This document shows positions 29,509-38,716 of a stretch of 64,000 nt of DNA, piece after piece (position 1 is the first letter of the stretch; the number at the start of each line of letters is the position of its first letter). Source of the DNA: a virus; IMG/VR virus record IMGVR_UViG_3300037427_000542, positions 19,601-83,600 of that record; one strand, given 5' to 3'. The notes beneath the pieces are model-generated. The model was not told the origin of the DNA, searched no databases, and worked only from the letters and a program-made list of their open reading frames with translations. The position numbers and the translations under genes were made by a program.

Positions 29509-29644
29509 TAGGTGTGAAAAACCTATAGACAAAAAAGACAAAGCATATTGTTTTCATAATGGCGATGACGAAGTATATATTTGTGCTCCGTGTGTCATAG
29601 AAGTTTACAATGATTACAAGACAGAGGTAAAAAGAGATGCTTGA
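29474..29644 (+). CDS. Small C4 zinc-finger protein (56 aa)
   Basis: Manual translation with CDRC...ICAPC; GAGG SD; fills the uvsX-gp41 gap. Confidence 0.6.
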   Translation: MKIFNKNTKKCDRCEKPIDKKDKAYCFHNGDDEVYICAPCVIEVYNDYKTEVKRDA

Positions 29645-30992
29645 TACAATTATTCTAGTTAATTTAGTTAGAAACGAAAAGTATGTTAGAAAAGTTCTAC
29701 CCTTCATTAAAGAAGAGTATTTCTCAGATAACGAACATTCTTATGCGTTTAGACAGATTGCTGAATATATAGAAAAATATAACAACACACCTACACTAGA
29801 GGCAATGTCAGTTGCATTTGATAATGCTAGTGAGGAACAAAGAAGTTTATTAAAAACAGTATTTGAATATGAACAAGAGCCTCAGGAACTACAATGGTTG
29901 GTAGATGAAACAGAAAAGTTCTGTAAAGATAAAGCAGTTTTTAATGCAGTACTAGAAGGTATACAGATTATAGATGGTAAGAAAAAGGATATGACTCCTG
30001 ATGCTTTGCCTGATTTATTAACTGAGGCATTACAAGTAGGCTTTGATACTAATGTAGGACATGACTTTATTGAAGATGCTGATAAACGATTTGATTTTTA
30101 CAATAGAATAGAAAACAAAGTTCCTTTTGATCTGGATATGTTTAATAAAATTACAGATGGAGGACTATCTAACAAGACACTTAATATAGCATTAGCAGGC
30201 ACAGGTGTAGGTAAATCCCTGTTTATGTGTCATATGGCGTCAGCAGCTATTGCTAATGGACAGAATGTACTCTATATTACATTGGAAATGGCAGAAGAAA
30301 GAATTGCAGAAAGAATAGATGCTAACTTAATGAATGTTCCTATAGGAGATTTATCTAACATGTCTAAGCCTATGTTCCAAGATAGAATAGGCACATTAAA
30401 AGAGAAGTATGAAGGTAGATTAATTGTTAAAGAATATCCTACAGCATCTGCACATAGTGGACATTTTAAAGCATTGATTAATGAATTAAAACTAAAAAGA
30501 AACTTTCATCCTGAGATTATTTTTATTGATTATTTAAATATTTGCACAAGTTCTAGGTTTAGGCCTGGCAGTAGTGCTAACTCTTATACAATTATTAAAA
30601 GTATTGCAGAAGAACTTAGAGGTTTGGCAGTAGAACTAGATGTTCCTATTTTTAGTGCTACACAAACAACTAGAGGTGGTTATGGAAATAGTGATGTTGA
30701 CTTAACAGATACCTCAGAAAGTTTTGGTCTTCCAGCTACAGCAGATTTAATGTTTGCAATTATAAGTACTGAGGAGCTAGAACAACTTGGACAGTTTATG
30801 ATTAAACAGTTGAAAAACAGATATGCTGATCCTACAAGAAACAAAAGATTTATGATAGGTGTTGATCGTGCTAAAATGAAATTATTTGATTTGGAAGATT
30901 CAGCACAACAAGCTATAACGGACTCTAATATAGATGTTCCAGTATTTGACAGAGGCAAACAAGGAAGCGATTATGACAACCTTAAATTTTAA
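29637..30992 (+). CDS. gp41: Replicative helicase, T4 gp41
   Basis: AGTGVGKS, LEMAEE, IDYLNI, SESFGLP, KQLKNRY. Confidence 0.96.
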   Translation: MLDTIILVNLVRNEKYVRKVLPFIKEEYFSDNEHSYAFRQIAEYIEKYNNTPTLEAMSVAFDNASEEQRSLLKTVFEYEQEPQELQWLVDETEKFCKDKAVFNAVLEGIQIIDGKKKDMTPDALPDLLTEALQVGFDTNVGHDFIEDADKRFDFYNRIENKVPFDLDMFNKITDGGLSNKTLNIALAGTGVGKSLFMCHMASAAIANGQNVLYITLEMAEERIAERIDANLMNVPIGDLSNMSKPMFQDRIGTLKEKYEGRLIVKEYPTASAHSGHFKALINELKLKRNFHPEIIFIDYLNICTSSRFRPGSSANSYTIIKSIAEELRGLAVELDVPIFSATQTTRGGYGNSDVDLTDTSESFGLPATADLMFAIISTEELEQLGQFMIKQLKNRYADPTRNKRFMIGVDRAKMKLFDLEDSAQQAITDSNIDVPVFDRGKQGSDYDNLKF

Positions 30993-31722
30993 TGATATAG
31001 AATTTGATGTAATAGATAATGTCTTGGCAAAAAGATATTCTAAGTTTCTAATGGAAAACATACATCAAAGTAAAGAGTTTTATTTCATGGGAGATAAAAT
31101 AGATGAGATTCTGTCTGAAATAGATAAAATTGTTTATATGTATGGCAAAGAGCCTACAAGAAACATGAATAAATTACATGATTATTTTGCAGACCATGAA
31201 GACGATCCTGAAATGAGTAGGTTGAATAATCTCATTCATTACTATGAATTAAGCTTAAACAACTTTCCACCTCGTTGGGGAATGATGGTAGGTGAGGCGA
31301 CAATGGAATTGTTTCCAGCAGACTATGAATACTTTACATTACTAAGGCAACCAGGTACTCTTTATGTGAATTATCCTCATGTAGGAAAACACTTTGCTGA
31401 GATTGCCTACTCTAGAGATTATGATATTCAAGAACATCAATATGTGCCTCAAGATATATGCAGGCCTAGTTTTCATATATGGTTAGGAGATGAAATAACT
31501 ATTGAAATGTTGAATACCAATGTTAATATATTGATTGATATAGCTCACGGAAAGTTAAAAGATAGGCTAAATTTGCCTAATATTGACGATCCTGCAATGA
31601 GAATAGGGTATATTCCATTTGCCACACTTAAAGATGATATAAATATAAATGAACTTACAAATCATCTTTTGAAGTGTAAGACTAAGAGTAAAAATCAATG
31701 GGAGTTATTTACAAATGGCTGA
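30973..31722 (+). CDS. Hypothetical protein (paralog of 5493-6581)
   Basis: MNKLHDYF, LNNLIHYYE, PGTLYVNYPHVGK, IGYIP. Confidence 0.7.
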   Translation: MTTLNFNDIEFDVIDNVLAKRYSKFLMENIHQSKEFYFMGDKIDEILSEIDKIVYMYGKEPTRNMNKLHDYFADHEDDPEMSRLNNLIHYYELSLNNFPPRWGMMVGEATMELFPADYEYFTLLRQPGTLYVNYPHVGKHFAEIAYSRDYDIQEHQYVPQDICRPSFHIWLGDEITIEMLNTNVNILIDIAHGKLKDRLNLPNIDDPAMRIGYIPFATLKDDININELTNHLLKCKTKSKNQWELFTNG

Positions 31723-32062
31723 ATCAGAAGTAAATATTAGTTTAGAAGAATATGAGGCATTAAAGGCAGCAGCAGCGCCAGCCGAAGAAGAGGCAGCGCC
31801 ACCTGGCAAACCTTGGTGGAGTGCACCTGACGATAGAGGTTGGATTTGGATTGCACCAGAGTATTTTAGTAGATGGAGATTATTTCCTCGTGCATTTATT
31901 AGCATGTATATCTACTTATTGTATCAGGTGACAAACTGGTTTATGGATTTACCTTCACCAGGACCTGAACAAGCAGGTCTTGTTAGTGTTGTCGTAGGAG
32001 CTGGAGCAGCCTGGTTTGGACTATATGTTAATAGTACAAGCACAGGACAGGATAAGAAGTAA
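31715..32062 (+). CDS. Two-TM membrane protein
   Basis: WRLFPR followed by two hydrophobic helices. Confidence 0.7.
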   Translation: MAESEVNISLEEYEALKAAAAPAEEEAAPPGKPWWSAPDDRGWIWIAPEYFSRWRLFPRAFISMYIYLLYQVTNWFMDLPSPGPEQAGLVSVVVGAGAAWFGLYVNSTSTGQDKK

Positions 32063-32475
32063 TGCCTGAGGTTGTTTTATCAGATTTCTATATTGAGTTT
32101 ATAGGGTTTTTGCTCACCCTAATAATCGGGCTCTCTATTAGAGATTATGCTGGCTCTTTTGTTAAAGGCGCTAAGTTTAGATTTAACCCCGCCTTCCAAG
32201 AAGGCGATAAGGTGCTACTTGATGGTAGCCCAGCACTCATAGTTAAAATAGGATTGAGTGAAACAGTTTTTGGAATCTACGGAGAAGATGGATATACATG
32301 GAGGTATGTTCCAAATACTAGAATAGAATTCTTGAAGTTAGAGAAGATAGTGGACCCCGATTTACATCGGGATACTGCACAAGAGAAGGCACAAAAGATG
32401 GTAGATGCTTTCCAAGATGCTAACATACAAAAGAATGGAGAAGAGATTAATAAATTAAAAAATGGAGAAAAGTGA
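32062..32475 (+). CDS. MscS-like small membrane protein
   Basis: One TM then FQEGDKVLLDG...IVKIGL..T...YVPN, resembling the MscS beta domain. Confidence 0.6.
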   Translation: MPEVVLSDFYIEFIGFLLTLIIGLSIRDYAGSFVKGAKFRFNPAFQEGDKVLLDGSPALIVKIGLSETVFGIYGEDGYTWRYVPNTRIEFLKLEKIVDPDLHRDTAQEKAQKMVDAFQDANIQKNGEEINKLKNGEK

Positions 32476-32708
32476 TGCCACCTAAATTTAAACCGAGTCA
32501 TAAAGAATATGTTAAAGGTCCAGACGGTAGACCAACAAAAAGAACAAGAATGAAACATTATTACCTAGCACAAACATCTACACAAGAGATTATTGACGGT
32601 ATAAATAAAGGTAAAAGAAAACATCGTAATAAATTTATTAATGAATTAACTAGGCGTGGAGTGAAATTAGTATGGAAGACGGAAGACGAGATAGCAACGG
32701 AACAGTAG
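32472..32708 (+). CDS. Basic hypothetical protein
   Basis: GGAG SD; coupled ORF. Confidence 0.65.
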   Translation: MMPPKFKPSHKEYVKGPDGRPTKRTRMKHYYLAQTSTQEIIDGINKGKRKHRNKFINELTRRGVKLVWKTEDEIATEQ

Positions 32709-33250
32709 GTGAAGGCCAAAAGCCTGGAGCTTTAAAAATATATGATGGAGCCTTAAGTGAAGGCTTTGCTGATGATCTAATTGAAATATTCAATGCTAAC
32801 AAAGAAGCACACATAGAAAATAAACACGAAACTCTCAATTTCGTAGAGTACAACTACACCCTGAATCACAAAGAAGAAGATGTGCATAAGAGGCTCATGG
32901 AACATACAGGGCAACTCTATAAACATTACCTCGGGGATTTAGGCACAACCAATATGATTCAAGTATCTGGTTTCGAGGAAATCAAAATATACAAATATGA
33001 AAAAGGAACAGGGTTTCACGATTTACATATAGATGCTGTAGATCATGAAAGTTCTATTCGAGCAGTAGCCTTTACCTGGTTTCTCAATGAAACTGATGGC
33101 AATGTGGATTACCCATTACAAAGAATCGGTGTCCAGGCTCGCAAAGGCAGGGTAATTATAACGCCTGTATCGTGGGAATACCCTTCAAATAACCACATTT
33201 CTCAAGAATCTGACAAATATATGTTACAAACTTTTCTACATTTAGCCTAA
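32672..33250 (+). CDS. 2OG-Fe(II) oxygenase-like
   Basis: LHID, RAVAFTWFLNE, terminal KY; distal His motif degenerate. Confidence 0.7.
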   Translation: MEDGRRDSNGTVGEGQKPGALKIYDGALSEGFADDLIEIFNANKEAHIENKHETLNFVEYNYTLNHKEEDVHKRLMEHTGQLYKHYLGDLGTTNMIQVSGFEEIKIYKYEKGTGFHDLHIDAVDHESSIRAVAFTWFLNETDGNVDYPLQRIGVQARKGRVIITPVSWEYPSNNHISQESDKYMLQTFLHLA

Positions 33251-33288
33251 GTTACTGATATTACACCAAAAAAGATTTGAAAAAATGC

Positions 33289-33317
33289 TTGACTTATGGT
33301 CCTGTAGAGTGCATAAT
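33289..33317 (+). promoter_or_regulatory. Sigma70-type early promoter, shared family
   Basis: TTGACT-tatggtcctgtagagtg-CATAAT. Confidence 0.85.
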
Positions 33318-33349
33318 AACGGTATATTAAATAAAAAGGTATAAAGATT

Positions 33350-33727
33350 ATGACAAATTGGGAAGACTTATCAGAAAGAGATCAACTTTTAACTTATATT
33401 AGTGATACTCACAAAGATGCTTACGGGTTTAGACCTAGAGGCCTCTACAATGATATGTCTGTCCAAGAGCTTAAGGTTGAGCTTGATAGACTCTATGAGG
33501 CAGCTTCTGAGGAAGCAGATCGCATACATAATATCGAGACTCGAGCTTGGAAGGCTTTGAAAAGTCATTATGCCGATTTAGTTAATATGGGAGCAAAAGA
33601 CTTTAGGCAAGCTCTTGCTTGGGATATGGAAGCTGAAGATTGTGAATCATGGGACTTTGGGTTCTACTGTTACCACAAAAACCTTTCTTATTCTAAGGAA
33701 AGAGTGCTAGAAAGATTAGCAGCTTAA
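33350..33727 (+). CDS. Hypothetical early protein
   Basis: YISDTHKDAYGFRPR motif; directly behind an early promoter. Confidence 0.75.
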   Translation: MTNWEDLSERDQLLTYISDTHKDAYGFRPRGLYNDMSVQELKVELDRLYEAASEEADRIHNIETRAWKALKSHYADLVNMGAKDFRQALAWDMEAEDCESWDFGFYCYHKNLSYSKERVLERLAA

Positions 33728-33751
33728 TAGCTCTTTTGGTCCACAAAGTGG

Positions 33752-33780
33752 TTGACTCTTGGTTGGCAAGAGTCTATAAT
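33752..33780 (+). promoter_or_regulatory. Sigma70-type early promoter, shared family
   Basis: TTGACT-cttggttggcaagagtc-TATAAT with GACTCTT/AAGAGTC inverted repeat. Confidence 0.85.
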
Positions 33781-33817
33781 GTAACTTGTAAATTAGAAAA
33801 TATGGAGAAACGCTGTT

Positions 33818-34144
33818 ATGACAGATCAACTATTTAAATATGCAGGATATTCAGTTACGGAAGCAGGCCAAACTAAGGCTAGGTTCGGTAATGATATGGT
33901 ATCACGCATAAAGAAACTTACGGCTAAGGGTAACCAAGATACTTGGTTCGCTGAATTGCCGCAAGCCATGACCAAGAAGGAAGCATCAAACTTCTTACTT
34001 GAAAAGGAGGAGATTAAATCCAACTTTGATGTAAGAGATGCTTTACAAAAGGTCGTGTATCGTAATGTGCCTAAGGGAACGACTCGTGTCGTGAACGAGG
34101 GTGCTGTTTCAACCGGCAATGATGCCAACAATATGGAGAGCTAA
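33818..34144 (+). CDS. Hypothetical early protein
   Basis: GGAG SD; behind promoter. Confidence 0.7.
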   Translation: MTDQLFKYAGYSVTEAGQTKARFGNDMVSRIKKLTAKGNQDTWFAELPQAMTKKEASNFLLEKEEIKSNFDVRDALQKVVYRNVPKGTTRVVNEGAVSTGNDANNMES

Positions 34145-34145
34145 T

Positions 34146-34397
34146 ATGGCTAATCGTAAAGTGACCCAAACTCAAAAGGTTCTAAACTTTTTGAACAAAG
34201 GGAATAGTTTGAGCAATGCAGTAGCAACGCACAAACTTAAAGTAAACAGACTACCTGCTAAGATTCATGTTCTTAGACAACAAGGGTATCCTATTTACAC
34301 AAATTCCAATGCAGTAGGTAATCCTACTTACCGTCTTGGTACACCTAGTAGAGCAATGGTAGCAGCAGCTTTTAAAGCTGGCGTATCATTTAGCTAA
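34146..34397 (+). CDS. Winged HTH DNA-binding protein
   Basis: TQTQKVLNFL..G..L...A......RLPAKIHVLRQQGYPI pattern; GGAG SD. Confidence 0.7.
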   Translation: MANRKVTQTQKVLNFLNKGNSLSNAVATHKLKVNRLPAKIHVLRQQGYPIYTNSNAVGNPTYRLGTPSRAMVAAAFKAGVSFS

Positions 34398-34498
34398 GCT
34401 AACTAAATGGAGCCCTATATGAAACATAAGAACCCTGGGGCTCCATTACATTTTTTGAGGTTTGGTACACCGAGGTCGTCAGAGATCAAAAGACCAAC

Positions 34499-34506
34499 TA
34501 TAAATA
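34499..34506 (+). promoter_or_regulatory. T4-type late promoter upstream of tRNA
   Basis: Exact TATAAATA about 90 nt upstream of the tRNA. Confidence 0.55.
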
Positions 34507-34595
34507 TAGGAGAAGAGCTAGGCAGACTCGAAAAAAAGGCCGTAACAAAAACATATATCCTGGATAATGATATAAAACTTATCCACCGAATTTTT

Positions 34596-34671
34596 GCTCG
34601 GATAGCTCAGTTGGTAGAGCAGATGATTTGTAATCATCAGGTCGTAGGTTCAAATCCTATTCCGAGCTCCA
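34596..34671 (+). tRNA. tRNA-Thr(UGU)
   Basis: Acceptor stem GCTCGGA/TCCGAGC; D arm TAGCTCAGTTGGTAGAGC; anticodon arm GATGA-TTTGTAA-TCATC; GTTCAAAT T loop; encoded CCA. Confidence 0.95.
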
Positions 34672-34692
34672 GACAAACATAAAGGATAGGAA

Positions 34693-34938
34693 ATGGAAAA
34701 AATAGATTTAGCAAAAGAATTAATTGAAGCATTAAGCAATCAATATCGTGGCAATATACAAGCTGCAAGAGCTAATGTGAGAGTGTACCTAGAAAATCCA
34801 GCAGGGATTGGTGAGCACCCAGATATTATTCAATCTATTGACAGCCAGATCCAAATTATAGCAGACAACCAAGAGAAATTAGATATTCTCAATAGCCGTA
34901 GATTCAACTTTTCAGGGAGTAATTTTCCCGTTGAATAA
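34693..34938 (+). CDS. Conserved hypothetical protein
   Basis: ANVRVYLENPAGIGEHPDI motif; SD present. Confidence 0.75.
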   Translation: MEKIDLAKELIEALSNQYRGNIQAARANVRVYLENPAGIGEHPDIIQSIDSQIQIIADNQEKLDILNSRRFNFSGSNFPVE

Positions 34939-35128
34939 TTTACAAGCTACCTTTGGTAACGAATTTTTCCGTGCAGAAGTGAGACCTTTTAAGGACACAG
35001 ATCTGTACAAAGTAGAGTTTTTTAGTAAGGACGATTTGGTCTTTACAGAATATGTGGCTGACATAGCCACCGCTGAGGATACAGCAAAAACATTCGTTAG
35101 ACAAAGGGAGCGACTACATGGCAAATAA
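34931..35128 (+). CDS. Hypothetical protein
   Basis: Overlap-coupled ORF with TTG start and GGAG upstream. Confidence 0.55.
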   Translation: MNNLQATFGNEFFRAEVRPFKDTDLYKVEFFSKDDLVFTEYVADIATAEDTAKTFVRQRERLHGK

Positions 35129-35603
35129 TGTATATTCTACTATTCAATTTCAAGAAGGCGACAATGAGGCAGAAAGAGAGTTCATAAGAATTTTTGAATT
35201 CATACAAACCTTCGATGAAAAAGGATTAGAGTTTGCAGACTTTTATCTCACCAATCAAGAAATTGTAGATGATGAGTTTATGGAAGATTGGGTAGGTCCT
35301 AGAAAAGCAGTCGTTACAAATTTTATGGGTACAGAAGTAGAGATAAAATCCTCTTGGATATCTCCTCGTGTATTTTTCGAAGGTTTATTAGAACATTTAA
35401 GAAACACAGATCCTGATGTTAAATTAAGTATGCAATATGAGGATGAATTTCTAATGTTCTGTGGTGTGTATGTTAACGACAAGAATATTGAAGAGTCAGG
35501 TGGTTGGTTCAAGGCACAATTCGATAAACTAGAAGATGACGAATTAGACTTCTTAGAGTTTGTAGAGGATATACAGATAGAATGGTTAGATGAATTGTGT
35601 TAA
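35118..35603 (+). CDS. Acidic hypothetical protein
   Basis: GGAG SD; coupled ORF. Confidence 0.7.
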   Translation: MANNVYSTIQFQEGDNEAEREFIRIFEFIQTFDEKGLEFADFYLTNQEIVDDEFMEDWVGPRKAVVTNFMGTEVEIKSSWISPRVFFEGLLEHLRNTDPDVKLSMQYEDEFLMFCGVYVNDKNIEESGGWFKAQFDKLEDDELDFLEFVEDIQIEWLDELC

Positions 35604-35777
35604 TTTTGTGTTGATAGTATGTTAGGAGGATATATAATGCGGTTTGTGGAAAAAATGGAGACATACGATTCACAATCTCCTACTTCTAACATTTTTATAT
35701 TTAATGGAGGAAGACTTGAGACTTGTTAAGACGACTTCAACCAAAGGTCAACAAGACGTCAAGATGGAGATGGAGAT

Positions 35778-36290
35778 ATGAGGTTAGATTACAAAGACTG
35801 TGGCAAAATTGGCATTACATGTAGCACATTTGATTTGCTACATGCTGGACATGTCGTTATGTTAGAGGAGGCCAAAAGGCATTGTGATTACCTAATAGCA
35901 GCGCTGCAAGTCGATCCTACTCAAGACAGACAAACAAAGAACAAACCTATTCAAAGTATAGTAGAAAGACAAATACAGTTAGCTGCTGTGAAGTATGTTG
36001 ATGAGATAGTTATGTACTCTACAGAATCAGAATTAGAAGATTTATTCCTTACACTACCTTTAAATGTTAGAATACTAGGTACTGAATATAGGGACAAAGA
36101 GTTTACAGCTAAGCAGATATGTTTAGATCGTAATATAGAATTGTTTTATAATGTAAGAGATCATTCTTTCAGTAGTACATCTCTTAGAAACAGAATACAA
36201 AACAATGAAATACAAAAAATAACTGGTTATGCAGATGCAGTGATGCCTGAAGTGATAGCCGCTAACAAAAAGAGGAAAGATGATGAGTGA
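35778..36290 (+). CDS. Cytidylyltransferase (TagD-like)
   Basis: TFDLLHAGH, RDHSFSSTSLR. Confidence 0.9.
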   Translation: MRLDYKDCGKIGITCSTFDLLHAGHVVMLEEAKRHCDYLIAALQVDPTQDRQTKNKPIQSIVERQIQLAAVKYVDEIVMYSTESELEDLFLTLPLNVRILGTEYRDKEFTAKQICLDRNIELFYNVRDHSFSSTSLRNRIQNNEIQKITGYADAVMPEVIAANKKRKDDE

Positions 36291-36501
36291 TGATAATAAA
36301 TATTTAGGTAAAAACACACCTGCCATTCGCAGAGTAGTTAATTGTTTAAATGCTGAGAAAAGAGCCTTACATGGTGAATTCAAGCACTATTGGAAGAACA
36401 CTGCTCAGAAAATAGCTAAATCAAATGATATAGATATAGAGCGTGTAAAAAATAATTTGGAGTTATACAATGCAGAACCTAAAAGTAGTAGCATCCACTA
36501 G
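36280..36501 (+). CDS. Hypothetical protein
   Basis: GAGG SD; coupled ORF. Confidence 0.6.
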   Translation: MMSDDNKYLGKNTPAIRRVVNCLNAEKRALHGEFKHYWKNTAQKIAKSNDIDIERVKNNLELYNAEPKSSSIH

Positions 36502-36814
36502 AATTTGGGAAGCTAAAAATCCTAATCAACCTGACTTTCCTATGTGGCACCCTGTTGGAGGGAGTGAATATATTATAGGTTATATGGATCTACCTGACGG
36601 CGAAGCACCACAACTGGCTCATATAGCAGAACATGTTACTAAATTTATCCATGTATTAGAGGGTAAGATTACTCCTAATGTGGTAGAGGTATTTGCAGGC
36701 TATGAAATTTACTATAAAGATGCTTTAACACATAACGAAGCATTTCAACTACAACAAGGTGATTCTATTGACTTCCCAGCTGAAGATGTTACAAAAATCG
36801 AAGGCGAATCATAG
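36470..36814 (+). CDS. Hypothetical protein
   Basis: GGAG SD. Confidence 0.65.
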   Translation: MQNLKVVASTRIWEAKNPNQPDFPMWHPVGGSEYIIGYMDLPDGEAPQLAHIAEHVTKFIHVLEGKITPNVVEVFAGYEIYYKDALTHNEAFQLQQGDSIDFPAEDVTKIEGES

Positions 36815-37532
36815 GTGGACATTTGGGTTTACATACTTTAATGAACCACATAAGCTAGAGATACAAATGGACACCTGGTCCAAATGGCCAGGCAATGTAG
36901 ATATCTTTATCGTTGACGATGGTTCAGATCTATATCCTGCCAAGCCATTACTAGAAAATTTTCATTTAGAAGATTGGCAACCTACTCTACAACTTTGGAG
37001 AGTCACAAGAAATATAGGCTTCAACTCTCATGGCTGTAGAAATCTTATAGCCAAATATGCAGACACAGATTGCATACAATTCTTAGATATAGATCATGTG
37101 ATGTATGCTCCCGATGTTGCTAAACTTAAACAAATGAAAGTAGGAAGTAAGGATATTATTCATCATAAAAACTATAATGAATATCAACAAACAGTAAAAG
37201 ATCATCCAGGCCATATGAATTGTTTTGGTATACACAAAGATTTATTTTGGGAAGCTGGAGGTTATGATGAATCTTTTACCGGCCATCATTATGGAGATAG
37301 AGAATTTTTAGATAGAGTATTTGAATTAGAACACAGGAAGATAAAATCTACTTGTATTACTTCAATGAACCGTGAAGGTAGACATGGAAGAGTAAATCCT
37401 AATAAGTCTATAACTGAATACGATCCAACCGATGATAAGTTTTTCTGGGTACCGTTGGCAGTAGATGAAGTTAAAAAACTTAGAGGAACAAAAACACAAA
37501 GATTAGATTTTCCGTTTATTAAAATATTATAA
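36786..37532 (+). CDS. GT-A glycosyltransferase (GT2/GT7-like)
   Basis: IVDDGS, RNL, FLDIDH (DxD), GGYDESFTGHHYGDREF; start uncertain. Confidence 0.82.
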   Translation: MLQKSKANHRWTFGFTYFNEPHKLEIQMDTWSKWPGNVDIFIVDDGSDLYPAKPLLENFHLEDWQPTLQLWRVTRNIGFNSHGCRNLIAKYADTDCIQFLDIDHVMYAPDVAKLKQMKVGSKDIIHHKNYNEYQQTVKDHPGHMNCFGIHKDLFWEAGGYDESFTGHHYGDREFLDRVFELEHRKIKSTCITSMNREGRHGRVNPNKSITEYDPTDDKFFWVPLAVDEVKKLRGTKTQRLDFPFIKIL

Positions 37533-37535
37533 ATA
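37528..37535 (+). promoter_or_regulatory. T4-type late promoter, leaderless arrangement
   Basis: TATAAATA-ctgtt-ATG. Confidence 0.8.
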
Positions 37536-37540
37536 CTGTT

Positions 37541-38716
37541 ATGCGCTTTACTGAATTTTTAAAAGAAGATAAAGAAGAAGATAAACTTAAACATCTAGAG
37601 CATGTTGAGGATCATGTAATCCATGCTGGACATGAAGGCTTTGGACATGCGTTCCATACAATTAATGATGTTCATAATGATTTACAAGGTAAAGGCAAAT
37701 CTCAGACACAAACAACTATTAAATATGATGGCAGTCCTGCCGTTGTATTTGGGAAACATCCTGAGAACGGAAAGTTCTTTGTAGCATCTAAATCAGCATT
37801 CAATAAAACACCAAAGATTAATCACACCCATGAAGATATAGATAAGAACCACGGGCACGCACCAGGTCTTGTATCTAAACTTAAAGCAGCTTTAGATCAT
37901 GCACACAAAATAGAGCCTAATGGAGTCTATCAAGCAGACATTATGCACGCTGGAGATGTTAAACACGATAAGAAAAATAATAGAGTAGACTTTACACCAC
38001 AGTTAATTACATATCATGCACCAGCAGATTCAGATCACGGTAAGGCAGCTCAGAAAGCTAAGCTAGGGTTAGCAATACATACGGAGTATGAGGGTAAGAC
38101 AATAGCCGATATGAAAGCCAAACACGGCGCTATTGACTCTAATACCTTCAAAAAGCACAAGGATGTGCACCTTATGAGTGCTAATCACGATCTTAGTACA
38201 CATAGGTATAGTTTAGAAGATCGTAAGCAAGTAGACCATCATTTAGAACAAGCTGTAGCACACTTTAAAAATACACCCAGAGAACACCACGATACAGTTC
38301 AAAAACATGCTACAGCCTTAAAGACTTATGTAAACCATACAGTACGAACAGGCGAACAACATTCACATGAGGGGTTCGTAGCACATCACAGTAAGAGTCA
38401 TCAGAAGAAGGTAGATGGTGTTAAGACAGATGTTGCTAAAGCAAGACATCAAACTACTATGGATAACACCTTAGGACATATAAATAAGAATAAGGAACAC
38501 TTCGAAGGTCCAATGAATATGCACAAACATCTTCAAGCGGCTAAGAATATTTTAACAACTACCATGTCTCAAAAGTCAGAATTTGGACATGAAGTAGACG
38601 GACAGAAAGTTAAACCAGAAGGTTTTGTTGCCATACGAAATGGCAGACCTTCTAAATTTGTAGACAGGAAGGAGTTTAGTGCGCTAAACTTTAACAAGAA
38701 TGACAACAGAAAATAA
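37541..38716 (+). CDS. His-rich protein with ligase-like nucleotidyltransferase motifs (DUF6267-like), putative capsid-internal
   Basis: KHLEHVED, TIKYDG (KxDG), PEGFV, K.V.R.EFS; N-terminus MRFTEFLKE; about 43 His by hand count. Confidence 0.7.
   Translation: MRFTEFLKEDKEEDKLKHLEHVEDHVIHAGHEGFGHAFHTINDVHNDLQGKGKSQTQTTIKYDGSPAVVFGKHPENGKFFVASKSAFNKTPKINHTHEDIDKNHGHAPGLVSKLKAALDHAHKIEPNGVYQADIMHAGDVKHDKKNNRVDFTPQLITYHAPADSDHGKAAQKAKLGLAIHTEYEGKTIADMKAKHGAIDSNTFKKHKDVHLMSANHDLSTHRYSLEDRKQVDHHLEQAVAHFKNTPREHHDTVQKHATALKTYVNHTVRTGEQHSHEGFVAHHSKSHQKKVDGVKTDVAKARHQTTMDNTLGHINKNKEHFEGPMNMHKHLQAAKNILTTTMSQKSEFGHEVDGQKVKPEGFVAIRNGRPSKFVDRKEFSALNFNKNDNRK

Noticed and set aside
34407-34682. 91-aa ORF
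   Set aside because: It runs through a canonical tRNA and structured non-coding sequence.
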